Position numbers and translations under genes: made by a program
DNA from: Hypanus sabinus
Lineage: Eukaryota
Assembly (NCBI RefSeq): GCF_030144855.1
Contig: NC_082727.1
Span: 36,394,001-36,458,000, forward strand
Length of the DNA stretch: 64,000 nt
Direction of reading: 5' to 3'
The notes under the pieces: generated by a model
The model's database searches: none
The model's input: only the letters and a program-made list of their open reading frames with translations
Told to the model about the DNA's origin: nothing
Shown: piece after piece, positions 51,860 to 64,000 of the stretch
Layout: the number at the start of each line of letters is the position of its first letter
How positions within the stretch are numbered: the first letter of the stretch is position 1

Positions 51860-53270
51860 CAGCTCCTGTCTCTCACTCAAAGTTAATAAGTCCAAGAAAC
51901 TGATTGTCAACTTCAGGAGAGAAAAACAAGAGGTCCATGAGCTAGAAATTATCGAAGGATTTGAGTTGGAGAGAGCTGGTAACTTTAAATTCCTGGGTGT
52001 CACTATCTCAGGAGATCTTTCCTGGACCCATCATATGAATATTACTGCAAAGAAAGCACAACAGTACCTCTACTTCCACAGGAGTCTGCGGAGGTCTGGT
52101 GTGTCTTTGAAGACCTTCGAAACTTCTATCGATGTGTGGTGGAAAGTGTGCTGACTGGCTGCATTATGGCCTGGTATGGGAACACCGATGCCATTGAGTG
52201 TGAAATACTACAAAGGTGGTGGATTTGGCCCAGTACACCCTGAGTAAAATCTTCCCAGCTATTGAGCGCATCTGCATGAAACATTACTGTAGAAAAGCAG
52301 CCAACTTCATCAAAGACCCTGACACCCTGGCCATGACTTTTGCTGCTGCCATTACGTAGAAGGTACAAGTGCCTCGGGTTTCACACCAGCAGTTTGAACA
52401 ACAGTTACTACTCCTCAACCATCAGGCTCTTGAACAACAGAGGATAACTCCACTCATTTAAGAACTCTGTTATATTGTTGTTTCATGCTCTTTATTTATT
52501 GCTATTTATTTATACCGGCATTTGCACAGTTTATAGTTGCTGATGTTTACAGTGATTGTTCTATAGATTTGATAATTCTGAGAGCAGAAAAAGAACCTCA
52601 GGTTTGTGTGTGGTGACATGTACATACAATGATAATATATTTTACTTTGAACCTCGGAGTTCTGAGGATTAACAAGCAGAGTTAATTGAAAGGAAATGTA
52701 TTTAGATTTCCAGAAGGTATTCAATGTGGTGTCTGTAAACTGTGTAGTTTACTGTTCTGTGATGGATACTCCTCAGTTCATCACAGGAAAAGACCTCCCC
52801 ACCAATGAGCTTATCCACAGAAACCACTGCCATAAGAAAGTAGCCTCCCCCATCAAGGTCCACCACCATCCAAGCCATGCAATCTTCTCACTGCTGCCAT
52901 CGGGAAGGGGGTACAGGAGCCTTAGGTCCCACACTACCAGGTTCAAAAACAGTTATTGCCCTTCAACCATCAGGCTCCTGAACCAGTGTGGATAACTTCA
53001 TTCACCTGAACTCTGAACTGATTCCACAACCTACGGACTCACTCAGTCAAAGTCAAAGACTCTACAACTCATGTTCTCAGTATGTATCTATTTATTTAAT
53101 GACTGAGCACTTGCACTAATTGCCCCCTTTGGCAAATTGGTTGTTTTCCTTGTCTTTGTGTAGCTTTTCATTGATTTCATTGTTACCGTGAATGCCTGCA
53201 AGAAAATGACTCTCAGGGTCGTACATGACAACATATACATACTCTGACAATAAAATTACTTTGAATTTTG
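51860..53270 (+). mobile_element. Two Rex1/Babar-type LINE 3' fragments
   Basis: FKFLGVTISGDLSW and LLPSGRGYRSLRSHTTRFKNSY; tails ending aataaa..tactttgaa. Confidence 0.7.
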
Positions 53271-55719
53271 AAAATTAATCAACAAGTGTGCAAATTAAGA
53301 TCTTACTATACTGGGGAACCTGTTGTTGTGAATTATATAACAGTAATTGAACAGATGGCAGAGATCGAGTGATTTGTTCTTTATCAGCCTGAAGAGACCG
53401 AACTAGTGCAAAGCTCCAAGAATCAGTCCTTGGTCCTCAATTAGTCACCATCTTGCATGATGAGTTGGAGGACTATCACACTGTGGGTTATTCAAGTTTG
53501 CCCTTTTCGAGGGAAGACAATCTTCAGGGAGGCTTCTCAGAAGCTGTGACAGAATTTAGCTCATTTCTTGTAAGAAACAATAATGGTAACCAGCCAGCGC
53601 AATGAAGATGCATATGCCATTTGCCTTTTCAGTGGGGTGAGGTCACACCTGGAGTGTGGTACTCAACTTGGCATCTTTATGAAAAGTTAGACTAAACTTG
53701 ATGGGAGCCCAGAAGAGATTCAATAAGCTAATTCACGCAATGCAAGATTTGCTTGATCATGAAAGGCAACAGAAATTGGAAATAAATATTCTTTGGTGCT
53801 TAGAAGAATGGGCGGAGACCCTATTTAAAAATCCAGGATCCTGGGGGAACGTGATGAGATGCTTCCACAAGCTGAGTAGTGACATAGTTATAAGTTAAAG
53901 AGGCAGTCAAATAAAACCAGTGCATAGAAATATCTTCTTGCAAAGTTTGGTAAATCATCTTGCACTGAGTTTCTGGGGGAATTAAAGACAGCTTGTTTAC
54001 ATTGTTTTACCCTCATCGATGATGTGGCACCAGCTGCAATTTTGCTTGTGTTGACATGAAACACCTTGTAGAGATCTAAATGTAGCAATTCTGCAGTGAA
54101 ACAAGCTGGAATGCAGTTGTGCTGGTCTTACTGGAAATGGAACAAAACAGACCAAATTCCTCAAATTCATTTTCCAATGCTCTGTCGATTCAATCTCCAA
54201 TATTATCAACGCCCAGTCACATTGAGTGAACAATTTCACAACTGAGGATCTACTTGAGGGTTTTCACTGGCCAGCAATGATATTGAGGGATGGGGCCACC
54301 CTCTTACAGGTAAAATGGCCCTGTGCAGTGTACGGTCTTGAGGAGCACCTGACAGATGGAATGCCATTGAATGGCTGAGTTTAGAACTATCAAAATGTGG
54401 TGTTTTAGACATATAATCCACATTTTCATAAACTTGGAAGATACTTCCATACAGAATGGGTAACCATGAAGCTGAGAATGAAAGGGTTGACATATGAGGA
54501 GCATTTTATAGCTTGGCCTGTATACATTGCAGTTATGAGGTACGGGGGGGGGGGGGGTTTCTCATTAAAATCTATTGTATATTGACAGGAGTATAGGAGA
54601 GAATGTGGAGAGGATGTTTTCAAAAGTGGGACAGTCTAGGATCGGAGGGCACAGCCCCAGAATACAAGGATTTCCCTTTAAAACTGAGATGAAGAGGAAT
54701 ATAATAAGACAAAGTTGGTAAATCTGAGGAATTCATTGCCGCAGCTGTGAAGCCCAAGTCATTGGGTATTTTTAAAGCAGTGTTTGATAGTTTCTTTTTC
54801 AGTAAGGATTTTAAAGGTTGCAGGAAGAAGGCAGGAGAATAGAGACAAGAGAGGTAATACATCAGCCATGAGTAAACATCAGAGTAGACTGGACAGGCAG
54901 AACAGTCCAATTCATCTCCCATACCCTATGATCTTAAGGTAATGAACTGAAAACATGGTCAATGAAACGGAGAGTAGTGTGAGGTTGTGAAAATGGTTGG
55001 CTGTAGCTCAGTCTCAGTCTATTGGGAAATACAAAAACTACGGACAACAGTCCAAAATGCATGGTTTGCTCACTCAGGATGTCATGGTTTCCTATTGCAC
55101 TCGGTGGGTGAAATAAAACTTGACAATCCTCATTCCATCATTGTTCTGCCAACCTGACTCTTCACCATCTTCCCACTCCAATTATAGATCTGACAGTCAC
55201 TCAAAGCCGTTGACACCAACCACATGCCATTTGAGAATTGCCATGAATCACACCACCACCCATCAACTTCCTGTACTGACACTCCTTTACCCAAATATCA
55301 GTCCCATCTCTGATGTTCCTTTTTCGTCCAGAGTCCAGTATACCCATCCTGGTCCCATCCTAACATCCTTTCGTGTCCTTGGCCACCAACCTCCAAACAA
55401 TCTGAACTCCTCTAACAATTGTATCTCTCCCCACCCTGGACATTCTCCTTGAGGCATTGCTACCGGTCGTTACAATGTAAGCCTTTCATTTGAATGTCAT
55501 ACATCAGAATTTATGCACACCTGAACAGATGCCATTGGGTCAGATTCTTCAAACTCACAGCCTGCAATTTCTGCCCACCCCTTTAATCTGAGCAGGATTC
55601 AGACTACTATCTGACCAATCTCCTTTCACTGCAAGCCCTCCCATGAAACTCAGTGAATTGTGTCTTTCAAACATATATGAGCATTGAATGCTGAGGTCCT
55701 GCCCAATGTGTGCTGTCTC

Positions 55720-56140
55720 ATGTTCCATCAACACAGGCCTGACATTGGCCAGGGGTGGAATGTCTACTTCAACCAGGATGATGGAAGACTCCCTCTACAG
55801 ATAGAACTGACAACACTTACCCACCAGATGCTCTAGGGCAGGGAACAGGACAGAGAAAATCCACCACATCTGTACACTACAATCAGTTATTCAGAAGCAA
55901 ACACTGTCACCTCTGCCTTTAACTGATGCCATTGTCTCGGACATGCAGTGGAAGGTGAAGTCCTTCGAATGAAAGACCATGTCCAGAGTGCCAGAGGTGA
56001 GCCATCTTTCTGTGAAGCACAGTACACAGCAGTCTCTGATGTACTCCAACCTTGCTCTGAGTTTCTCAATCTTATTTTCCAAATTGTGAACATTAGCCAG
56101 GAGGATGGTGGGTTTGGTAGGGCCCCATGTTACCTGAAAC
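55720..56140 (-). mobile_element. Rex1/Babar endonuclease-region fragment
   Basis: PTILLANVHNLENKIEKLRARL..CCVLCFTE.WL. Confidence 0.6.
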
Positions 56141-57799
56141 TCATCCAGGCTGGAGTGTTTTCTTAAAGGGAAACTACACTCACTATCCCAGTGGTCTGCA
56201 GACAAGCCTTCTGATTTTGAAGATCAGATTTTACAAACCTCTAATAAGAATGTTGCTTATGGAAATACCACCAGATGTGATTGTAGATTCCAGCTGTGGT
56301 AGTCCTAATTGGGAATATTTCATGTTCCATACAGAGCTGCACAGACACATTTTGCCACTCTCCAGCACCATGTTACCAACCAAGAGCATCATCTGGCTGG
56401 ACATCCAACTTTGTCTGAACACAGGAGCCCAGATGTCCACATTCATCATTCCTGTCAACATAAACAAGTGCACCACTTTTCACTAAACACTTGCAGAAAA
56501 TTTTAACTGAATCTCATTCATACATTCCAGCTGCTGCCAACGTTATGATTTTCTGAATTTTATCTGGTCAACTGGCAATTGAAACAGGGAGAGCACAGTA
56601 GAAATTTGCTATTGCTGTATTTGACCAGAAAGATCATTCACTGAGACCAGGTGTGGAGGGACAGCTGGATCCCCTGGAGGAGAAGGAAACAAAAGGTTAG
56701 ACCTGGATCAGAGCTTCAGAGGGACAACTGAGCAACACCGTGAGACAATTCACCGTCTCCAACACAATGTCCCCACTAAGCCACAAGTGAGAGTCCTCTT
56801 TAAATAAAGATAGACTGCAGGAAACTTTTTCCAGCCACAATTAACTTGACAAAATTAAATCAAAAGCACAAGGGCTTAACAGCTCTAGTTAAGATATTGA
56901 TTAGTAAATACAGATGCTCGAAAACCCAGGAAGGCAACCTGCAGGACTCAGGACAATTTCATTTAGGAATACTGCGTGGAATCGGCCTTTCCAGCCCTTT
57001 GAGTCTCACTGTCCAGCAGCTCACAATTTAACACTAGCCTAATCACAGCACAATTTACAATGAACAATTACCCTACTAACTTGTGTGTCTTTGGATGTTT
57101 GGAGGAAATTGGAGCAGCCGGAGAAAACCGACTCATTACACAGGGATGACGTTAAAAGTCCTTACAGGGACGCCAGGATTGAACTCCAAACTTTGTAATG
57201 CTGTCGTACTAATGATATTTTGTGCAGAGATGGAGGTCCAGCATTCTGTTGTGCAGAAATGGAGACACAGAAACAAAGTGTGCGACAACTATAAGGTTGA
57301 AAACAATCTTTCTCATTCAAATTGCCAATGAGAGGTAACAGTGTTCCAGGTTATTTTGCTTTCTGAAAGAACTGTTTCATCAGGTGATTTTAACATCTCT
57401 TTTTGGTACAAGTTGTATCATTCATACATTCTCACTCAATCTAACAACCAGTGAGGCCAGAACAAATCATTCTCTGGAGTGTTTTAGTTACAGCTTTTGG
57501 AAAGACTGGGAGTTTATTTTCTATTTAATTAGTCTAATGGGATACTACTTCACAAATCTTCAGGAAATAACTCCAGAGATTTAACATTTTGAAGTGCAAG
57601 AGATTCAGGAAAAAAAGTATAGGAATACTTAGTAATCATAGACTTTTACCCATTACTGCTATGCTGCTATTTAAGGGGGTCTTACAATAGTGCCTCTGAT
57701 TTCTACATTAGATATCAGTCCAGTGGGTATGGCGAAAGCACACAGCAAAAGGTAAATACCCTTGCTTAATGGTACTGGACCATGGCATAAAAAGTTTGG

Positions 57800-58170
57800 A
57801 ATCCGCTGACCTAGATGATGTGAAATACAGATTACAAGATTCAAGAAAGATTGATGGGAAAATCAAGACCAGCCTCGCAGCCAATTTGATTTTGTGAACT
57901 ACTTGCAAAGCAACTATGAAGAAGCAGTTCAACATTTAGAGAAAGCAAAAGAGGCTCTGAGAAAGAACCACATAGATGGATGGGAAAGAATAAATATTAA
58001 TTCCTATGGAGACTATGCCTGGATGTATTACCACTTAGGACAACTGACTGAGACCCAATCCTGCATCTACACTCTGGAGATAATTTGCAAAGCGCTTTCA
58101 CTCTACAGCAATGATAGCTGATGTGCAGGGGAAATGGGATTGTCATTGTTGACTTCTACTGCTAAACATA
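57800..58170 (+). pseudogene. Old divergent IFIT N-terminal fragment
   Basis: DLDDVKYRLQDS ... NYEEAVQHLEKAKE ... SYGDYAWMYYHLGQLTETQS, with frameshifts; no clear acceptor. Confidence 0.85.
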
Positions 58171-59499
58171 ACCACTTATATTGTAAGGTCAACACTCCAT
58201 CTTACTGTACGAGGGATCCATTCAAGAGCCTGATAACAGCAGGATAGAGCTACCGTTGAGCATGGTTTAACATGCTTTCAGGTGTTTGTGTCTTCTGCCG
58301 AGAGGGAGAGGAGAGAAGGAAGATCATCCGGAGGGGATTATGCTGGCTGCTTTACTGAGGTAGTGACAAGTGTAGACCAAGTCCACAAGGAGGAGGCATG
58401 TTAACATGATATGCTGAGCTGTGTCCAGAACTGCATTTCCTTGTGGTCTCGTGCAGAGCAGTTGCCAGAAGAGGCTGTGATATGGCCCGATACAATGATG
58501 TCAATGGTACATCAATAAAATTCAGTCAGAGTGCCAGATTTATTTTGCACTTGTGAGCTTTCTCAAGTGTGGTGTCAACATGATTGTACCAGGAATGTAC
58601 AAAGTGAATGTTCCACTGTAAATTATCCTCAGTTGGCTGAATGTTGTGTTGGGTATTCGTCAACATTTACCTGTAAGGATATCAATGCCACTTGAAAATT
58701 GCAGACAGCATGACATTTTTACACACAATGATGATATGCAGGGAGAAATTGGAAACCATGTTTCAGAACAGTGCAAATGTAACCACAAGTTATATACAGC
58801 AGTAATACTGTGGATAAGGAATACATGGATGCAATTTTTTTAAGGCAAATAACAGATGAGATGGGATCTAGACAGGATTGAGACTAGATTGTCATGTAGT
58901 GGGTATTGTGCCAATGAGAAAGAATAATTAACAATTCTGTCCTGTATGGGCTGTTTAAGGAGTGGCCATAACAGATTAGTATTCATCATTTATATGCTGG
59001 GTGAAGTCACAGTATGAAATCAAGGGTGTGAATCTGAACAAATGAAATTATGAGGACCCAATTGATTGGCAAACTATTCAATGGGTTGATCATGAATGGG
59101 CACTGTATGATGATAAAGAATGAACTGCAACAATGATTCATTCCTGATTGGCACGAAAAGACGTAAGGAATGAAGGGTCAACCCTGTGAAGGAAATTCAG
59201 CACAGAATTAGACCCACAAAAAGCAGCAGTTTTGAGAATTGGGATTAGAGTTCAGCCAAGGAGGAAAGAAAGATTGATTAACAGATGTAAGATGTAGTAT
59301 GAGAGTAAACAGGCAGGAAACATTAAACTAATAGTAAATATGGAAAAGTGAAAGAGGATAATGACCAGGATTGCAGACTGCATACAATTACACAAAGAAA
59401 AAATTATAAATAATTGAACAAGGATGCTCAGAGTGACACACTACACAGGCATTCTGGTGAGGTGTAGACTATTTCTATGACAAATCAATGCTTATATTG

Positions 59500-59705
59500 G
59501 CATGCAGGAAATACTTCTAAATTCTTTTAATTGCTTCAGTGTTATTTATAGACATTGAATTCCAGTTTCTATTCACATTGATGAAGTAATGGATAGTATA
59601 AAGGGTTGTCAGGTTGAACATCCAACGCAACATCGTAGGCGCAGCAGAAGAAGAACTGCACAAACTGAGTGAGGAGCGCAAAGTGCTTTCAATCCAGCTA
59701 ACATC
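59500..59705 (+). promoter_or_regulatory. Type II promoter/5'UTR (gene 3)
   Basis: ISRE-like AGTTTCTATTC at 59564-59574 and TATAAA at 59597-59602, about 105 bp before the ATG. Confidence 0.7.
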
Positions 59706-59710
59706 ATGAG
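59706..59710 (+). CDS. Coding exon 1 (ATGAG) of IFIT gene 3 (type II module)
   Basis: catcATGAG|GTAAAG downstream of an ISRE-like site and TATAAA; intron 59711-61192. Confidence 0.8.
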
Positions 59711-61192
59711 GTAAAGAATATTTCCTTGCAGTCCATCTTTATGTACAGATTATTATACAGCAGGTTGTTTATCAAAAATAGTGGATCATAATGCAATAAC
59801 TTTGAAATACCCAAAGTGAACATACACTGGCTAACAGGGTAGTTGAATGATGAGACTGTAGTAGGGTGATCCCTACGTTACTCTGCAGTGCTTTACTATT
59901 ATTTTTTGTTATTAACATCCAATACAATGGCTCTAAACACAAGATTTGCATTGGATTCCTGATTTTTGAAGAGCCTTCTGTTCTGTCTGATCACCAGATC
60001 CAAGAGTAAGTTCAAGTGATCATAAATAATCCTTACACACGGTATTCCTTAACTCCTTAACATTCTCTCTATGTATGAGAATTTCCTTTGGGTTCACAGG
60101 AATCAGCTGCAAGTCATGTAGTTGCAGCAAATTTATGAGATGTTCCTCCTAAATTCCAATGATGTACGGGTTAGGGTGAGTGTGCACGTTGATGTGGGAC
60201 ACACTTGTCACCTGCCCTGATAAATTCTTTCTGATCTGATATGATGCCAAATGATGCATTTCACTGTTTGTTTTGATGTACGTGTGACAAAGACAGCTAA
60301 TCTTTAATCTTCGAATCTTTAAACGTAGGAGGTGATTCAGTTCTGCCATACACTATATCTATGTAGATTTGAGCACGTTGGAGCCTACGGGGTGCATTCA
60401 GTACTGAGGTAATACACCAGAGGAACATGCTACTCTAAACTGTCATAATTTCCAGCCCCTAGTGGCTTTCAGGACAGAATGGAGGAGCTGCATCCACGGT
60501 GCGGCAAATTCATCTCCTTTGGGAGGAAGCAGTAAGCAGAGTTGATCTCAGAGTAGGGTTAAAGGTCGGCACAACATGTTCTATGTTCTATGTTGGTCTA
60601 TGCTCTTTCAGAAATGTTCAGCAGGATCGGGGTACGTTGCTCATGCAATTGCTCTGTGATCTGATCTGGTAACTCGTAAATTGCCAGACTTCAGTGAGCT
60701 TCACAATACAGCTTTATCTCACTAATGTTATTGAAGTTCTCAATCTTCTAGACATTGACTCTGAGTACTGGTGGCTGTCTGGGGGAAAGCACCACTTCTC
60801 TGTACTGAGATTTGGAGCTACGCTCAGGCTGCTGGCAAAAAAACAAAAGTCTGCAATAGTGGGAGAGCTCAACGTCTGGTAATAAAACCAAGTCCAGCAT
60901 CAGTGTAACAAAGCAACAGATCAGCTGCCTTGGCTGTTCAGGAGACACATTTCCATCTTCATCACATGAATCAATTCTTCATATTGGGTTACTGATCTGA
61001 AACATTCTCCTTCCTCAGGTGCAGACTGACAGGCTGAGCATTTCAGGTTTTCAATATCATAATTATAAAAAAAACTTCATCAAAAGGCAGTTTTCACACA
61101 GTTAGTAAGTCTGCTATTCACGGGATTGCAGGTCAGACCTGCATCAAGTGATCTGAGATGGAATTCATGATTCCGTTTTTTCTCTCTTGCAG

Positions 61193-62627
61193 CAACACAC
61201 CGGGAGATTTATTGAAAGAGAAGCTCGATCAGCTGCAGTGTCACTTCACATGGAGGCCACAGAAGGAAACTGTTGATGTGGAAGATGTGAAGCTCAAATT
61301 GCAAGATTCTATCAATATGAATATGAAGTATAAAGCGCAATCCTACAACCAACTTGCTTTTTTAAACTCTCTGCAGGGCAATTATGAGGAAGCAATTCAA
61401 AATTTAAAGGAGGCTGAAAAGATTCTGATGGAGAACCACAAAGATGAATATGAAAGAAGAAGCATCATCACCTATGGAAACTTTGCCTGGGTGCATTACC
61501 ACATGGGACAGCTGACCGAGGCCCAGTCCTATCTCGACAAGCTGGAGATGATCTGTAAACTGCTCAGTGATGGCCCTCGCTATACAGCAATGATACCCGA
61601 GGTGTACGGGGAGAAGGGATGGTCATTGTTGGGTTCTGCTGGTGAATACTATGAGGAGGCAAAGGAATGCTTTGCAAAGGCTCTGGAGCAAGATCCTGAC
61701 AACACTGAGTGGATAATGGGATATGCAACCGCACTTTCTCGTCTGGAATCACTTTCTGGAACCCCAGAGAGTCGTGATCAGAGTCGGTCAGTGAAGTATT
61801 TCCGACGAGTACTGGAGCTTGATCCAGATGATGCTGTGGCCATGGTGCTGTTGGCTCTAAAACTGCAGAGGTTAGGGCAAAATGAGGAAGCAAATGTATT
61901 AGTTGAACAAGCATTGCAGAGGAACTCTAATCTTCCATATGTGCTTCGCTATGCTGCAAAATATTATAGAAAAAAGAGTTCTGTGGCGAAAGCAATCAAG
62001 CTCTTGAAACAAGCATTAGAATTAACTCCACACTCTGGTTTCTTACACCACCAACTTGGATTGTGCTACAGAAGTAAGCTGAACTACACTCGTTGCAGAT
62101 ATCCTCGCAATCCTGAATTTCAGCAGAACCCAGTGATGATCAATCTGTGCAAGTATCATCTTGAAAAGGCTTTTGATCACCGTCGAAGGTCATTTATTAA
62201 AGCACAACTGGACTTTGCAGACATCTGCAGAACAAATGGGGAATATTCCAGAGCAGAGGAGACTTACCGTAGATTGGTGGAGTTAGTGGACATTCGTCCA
62301 GAGAATATGCAGAGCATTTGCCTGGAAGCTGGGTTATTTGAACTGTACCAGAAAAAATCTGAAACAAATGCTGTTCGCCTCTTCCTGAAAGGAGTGAAAA
62401 TTGAATATAACTCAGAAGAACGGGAAAAATGTCGCATGAATCTGGAGAAGTGGGCAGGTAGTAAACTTAGAGTTAATGCAAATGACAGCAAGGCTCTTGG
62501 TGTCAAAGCATTTCTGTATCAGTTGGATGGGAACACGGATAAAGCGACTGAATACTTTGAGAAGGCCTTGGAGTTTGATCCTGGCAATGAGGAATATGTG
62601 AGTGCTCTTTCTCAATTACACATCTGA
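61193..62627 (+). CDS. IFIT5-like: IFIT-family protein, coding exon 2 of gene 3; 479 aa spliced
   Basis: Intact ORF 61158-62627 with IFIT motifs; acceptor AG at 61191-61192. Confidence 0.95.
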
Positions 62628-64000
62628 GCACCACTGGTTTCTTTAAAAGATATATTTTCATCTGATCTCAGGATAGGTTTAGTGGGCTGTTGCTTTAATA
62701 TTATTGTGTTTCTTTTAAAAATATTATTTCCTCAAGTACCCTGAGCAAACCAAATTCAATTGTGCTTCTCTGGACTCTGGAAAGATGGGATTTGGGAAAC
62801 TGCAGCAAGTGGTGTCAAATGAGAAATCAAGCATTTTTCCTCATTGGTTTGTTTGACCTATTAACCATTGAATGTATTTTCATTTTCACGTATTCTGATG
62901 CATAATTGTAATTCTGGAATGATTTTTCAAGTGCGATTGTATCTTATGAATCATTATAAAATATACTCTTAAGCTATGTCTATTAATTAAACCTTCAAAG
63001 CCAATGTTGGGTCCTGTCTTGACACAATCAAAGGAACGCTAGCAACAAATCCTTAACAGCACGATTCCAAGCTGCTGAGTGTGGTGGAGGAATTGCTTGG
63101 AAGGTGGAATGACTGGCGAGTGGCAGTGGAGGGGTTTGGGAATAGTTCATGGAAATTCAAAAAGATAATATTTTCAACAAAAAAAGGATTAGATTTGTCA
63201 TTCATAATAATCAACCAAGGACAATGTAACTGCAAAACTCCAAACAAGATTGTGTGTGACAATGGAATGAAAAGATGGAATGGTATAGTTCAAGGATCAT
63301 GCCTCTGATATAGTGATAGCCAGAAGACATTCCTGTCATGTGCATGGGCTTGGCTGCTGATAAGGAGATAACCCTGTAAGTAGACAATGGAAATCAGATA
63401 TGGTTATAGATTAAGTGAGCTATTGTCCCATAAAGTTATCAGGGGTGGGGAAGAATGAGAAGGAAGATGCAGAAAAGAGAAAAGAGAGCATATGACCATC
63501 AGCTCGGGATCCATCCTCTGAAATTTCAAAGAGAGAAGGTGTCGTCACCAATTAACTGGACACTTGTTCCTCAGTCACCACGGTAGCATAGTGGTTAGCA
63601 CAGCTGGGGTATCAGAGTTCAGAGTTTCATTCTGATTCCGTGTATAAGCAGTTTTTCCATTCCTCCTCGTGAATACGTGAGTTTCCTCTGGATGCTCCGC
63701 TTTTCCTCCCGCATTCTAAAGTCAAACCTGATAGCAGGCTGATTTGTCATTGTAAAATGTCCTGATATCACAGTAAGGTTATATAGGTGTGTTGTTGGGT
63801 GGTGTGACTCATTGGGCCAGTAGGGGCTGTTCCATGCTGTATGTCTAAATAAAATATAATTATACTTCATTTACTTGTGCACAAGGAGAGGAGTGTGTCT
63901 CCTGTCACCACACTGTTCTGACGTCTGAACAGAGGAATGTCATTTTTATACAGAATTGACTGGCAGGTACAGATGTTGACCATTCCCGGTGGTGAAACGT

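Noticed and set aside
1-64000. CRISPR arrays, prokaryotic operons, intact autonomous transposons
   Set aside because: No regularly spaced repeats; the sequence is eukaryotic; all retroelement ORFs are truncated or interrupted.

Overview
Vertebrate genomic DNA, most likely from a cartilaginous fish. This is inferred from the repeat set (V-SINE/HE1-like SINEs, CR1, Penelope-like, Rex1/Babar and L1). The window is a tandem cluster of interferon-induced IFIT (TPR) antiviral genes, all on the + strand and undergoing birth-and-death evolution. Three exon-2 coding cassettes are intact (16765-18199, 25485-26919, 61193-62627) and each gives 479 aa when spliced to the typical 5-nt coding exon 1 ATGAG|gt. 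Five IFIT exon-2 remnants are disabled (7015, 24578, 31999, 38394, ~57800). One collapsed copy (43940-44292) can still splice in frame to a 71-aa C-terminal mini-IFIT. The three closely similar intact cassettes appear to sit behind three unrelated promoter/exon-1 modules (10640, 23832, 59706), and one of them has a stop-containing decoy exon in its intron. The rest is segmental, tandem and inverted duplication plus decayed retroelements, including Penelope-type termini with degenerate hammerhead ribozyme motifs, a solo LTR and Gypsy remnants. Splice models are predictions from sequence only, and repeat boundaries are approximate.
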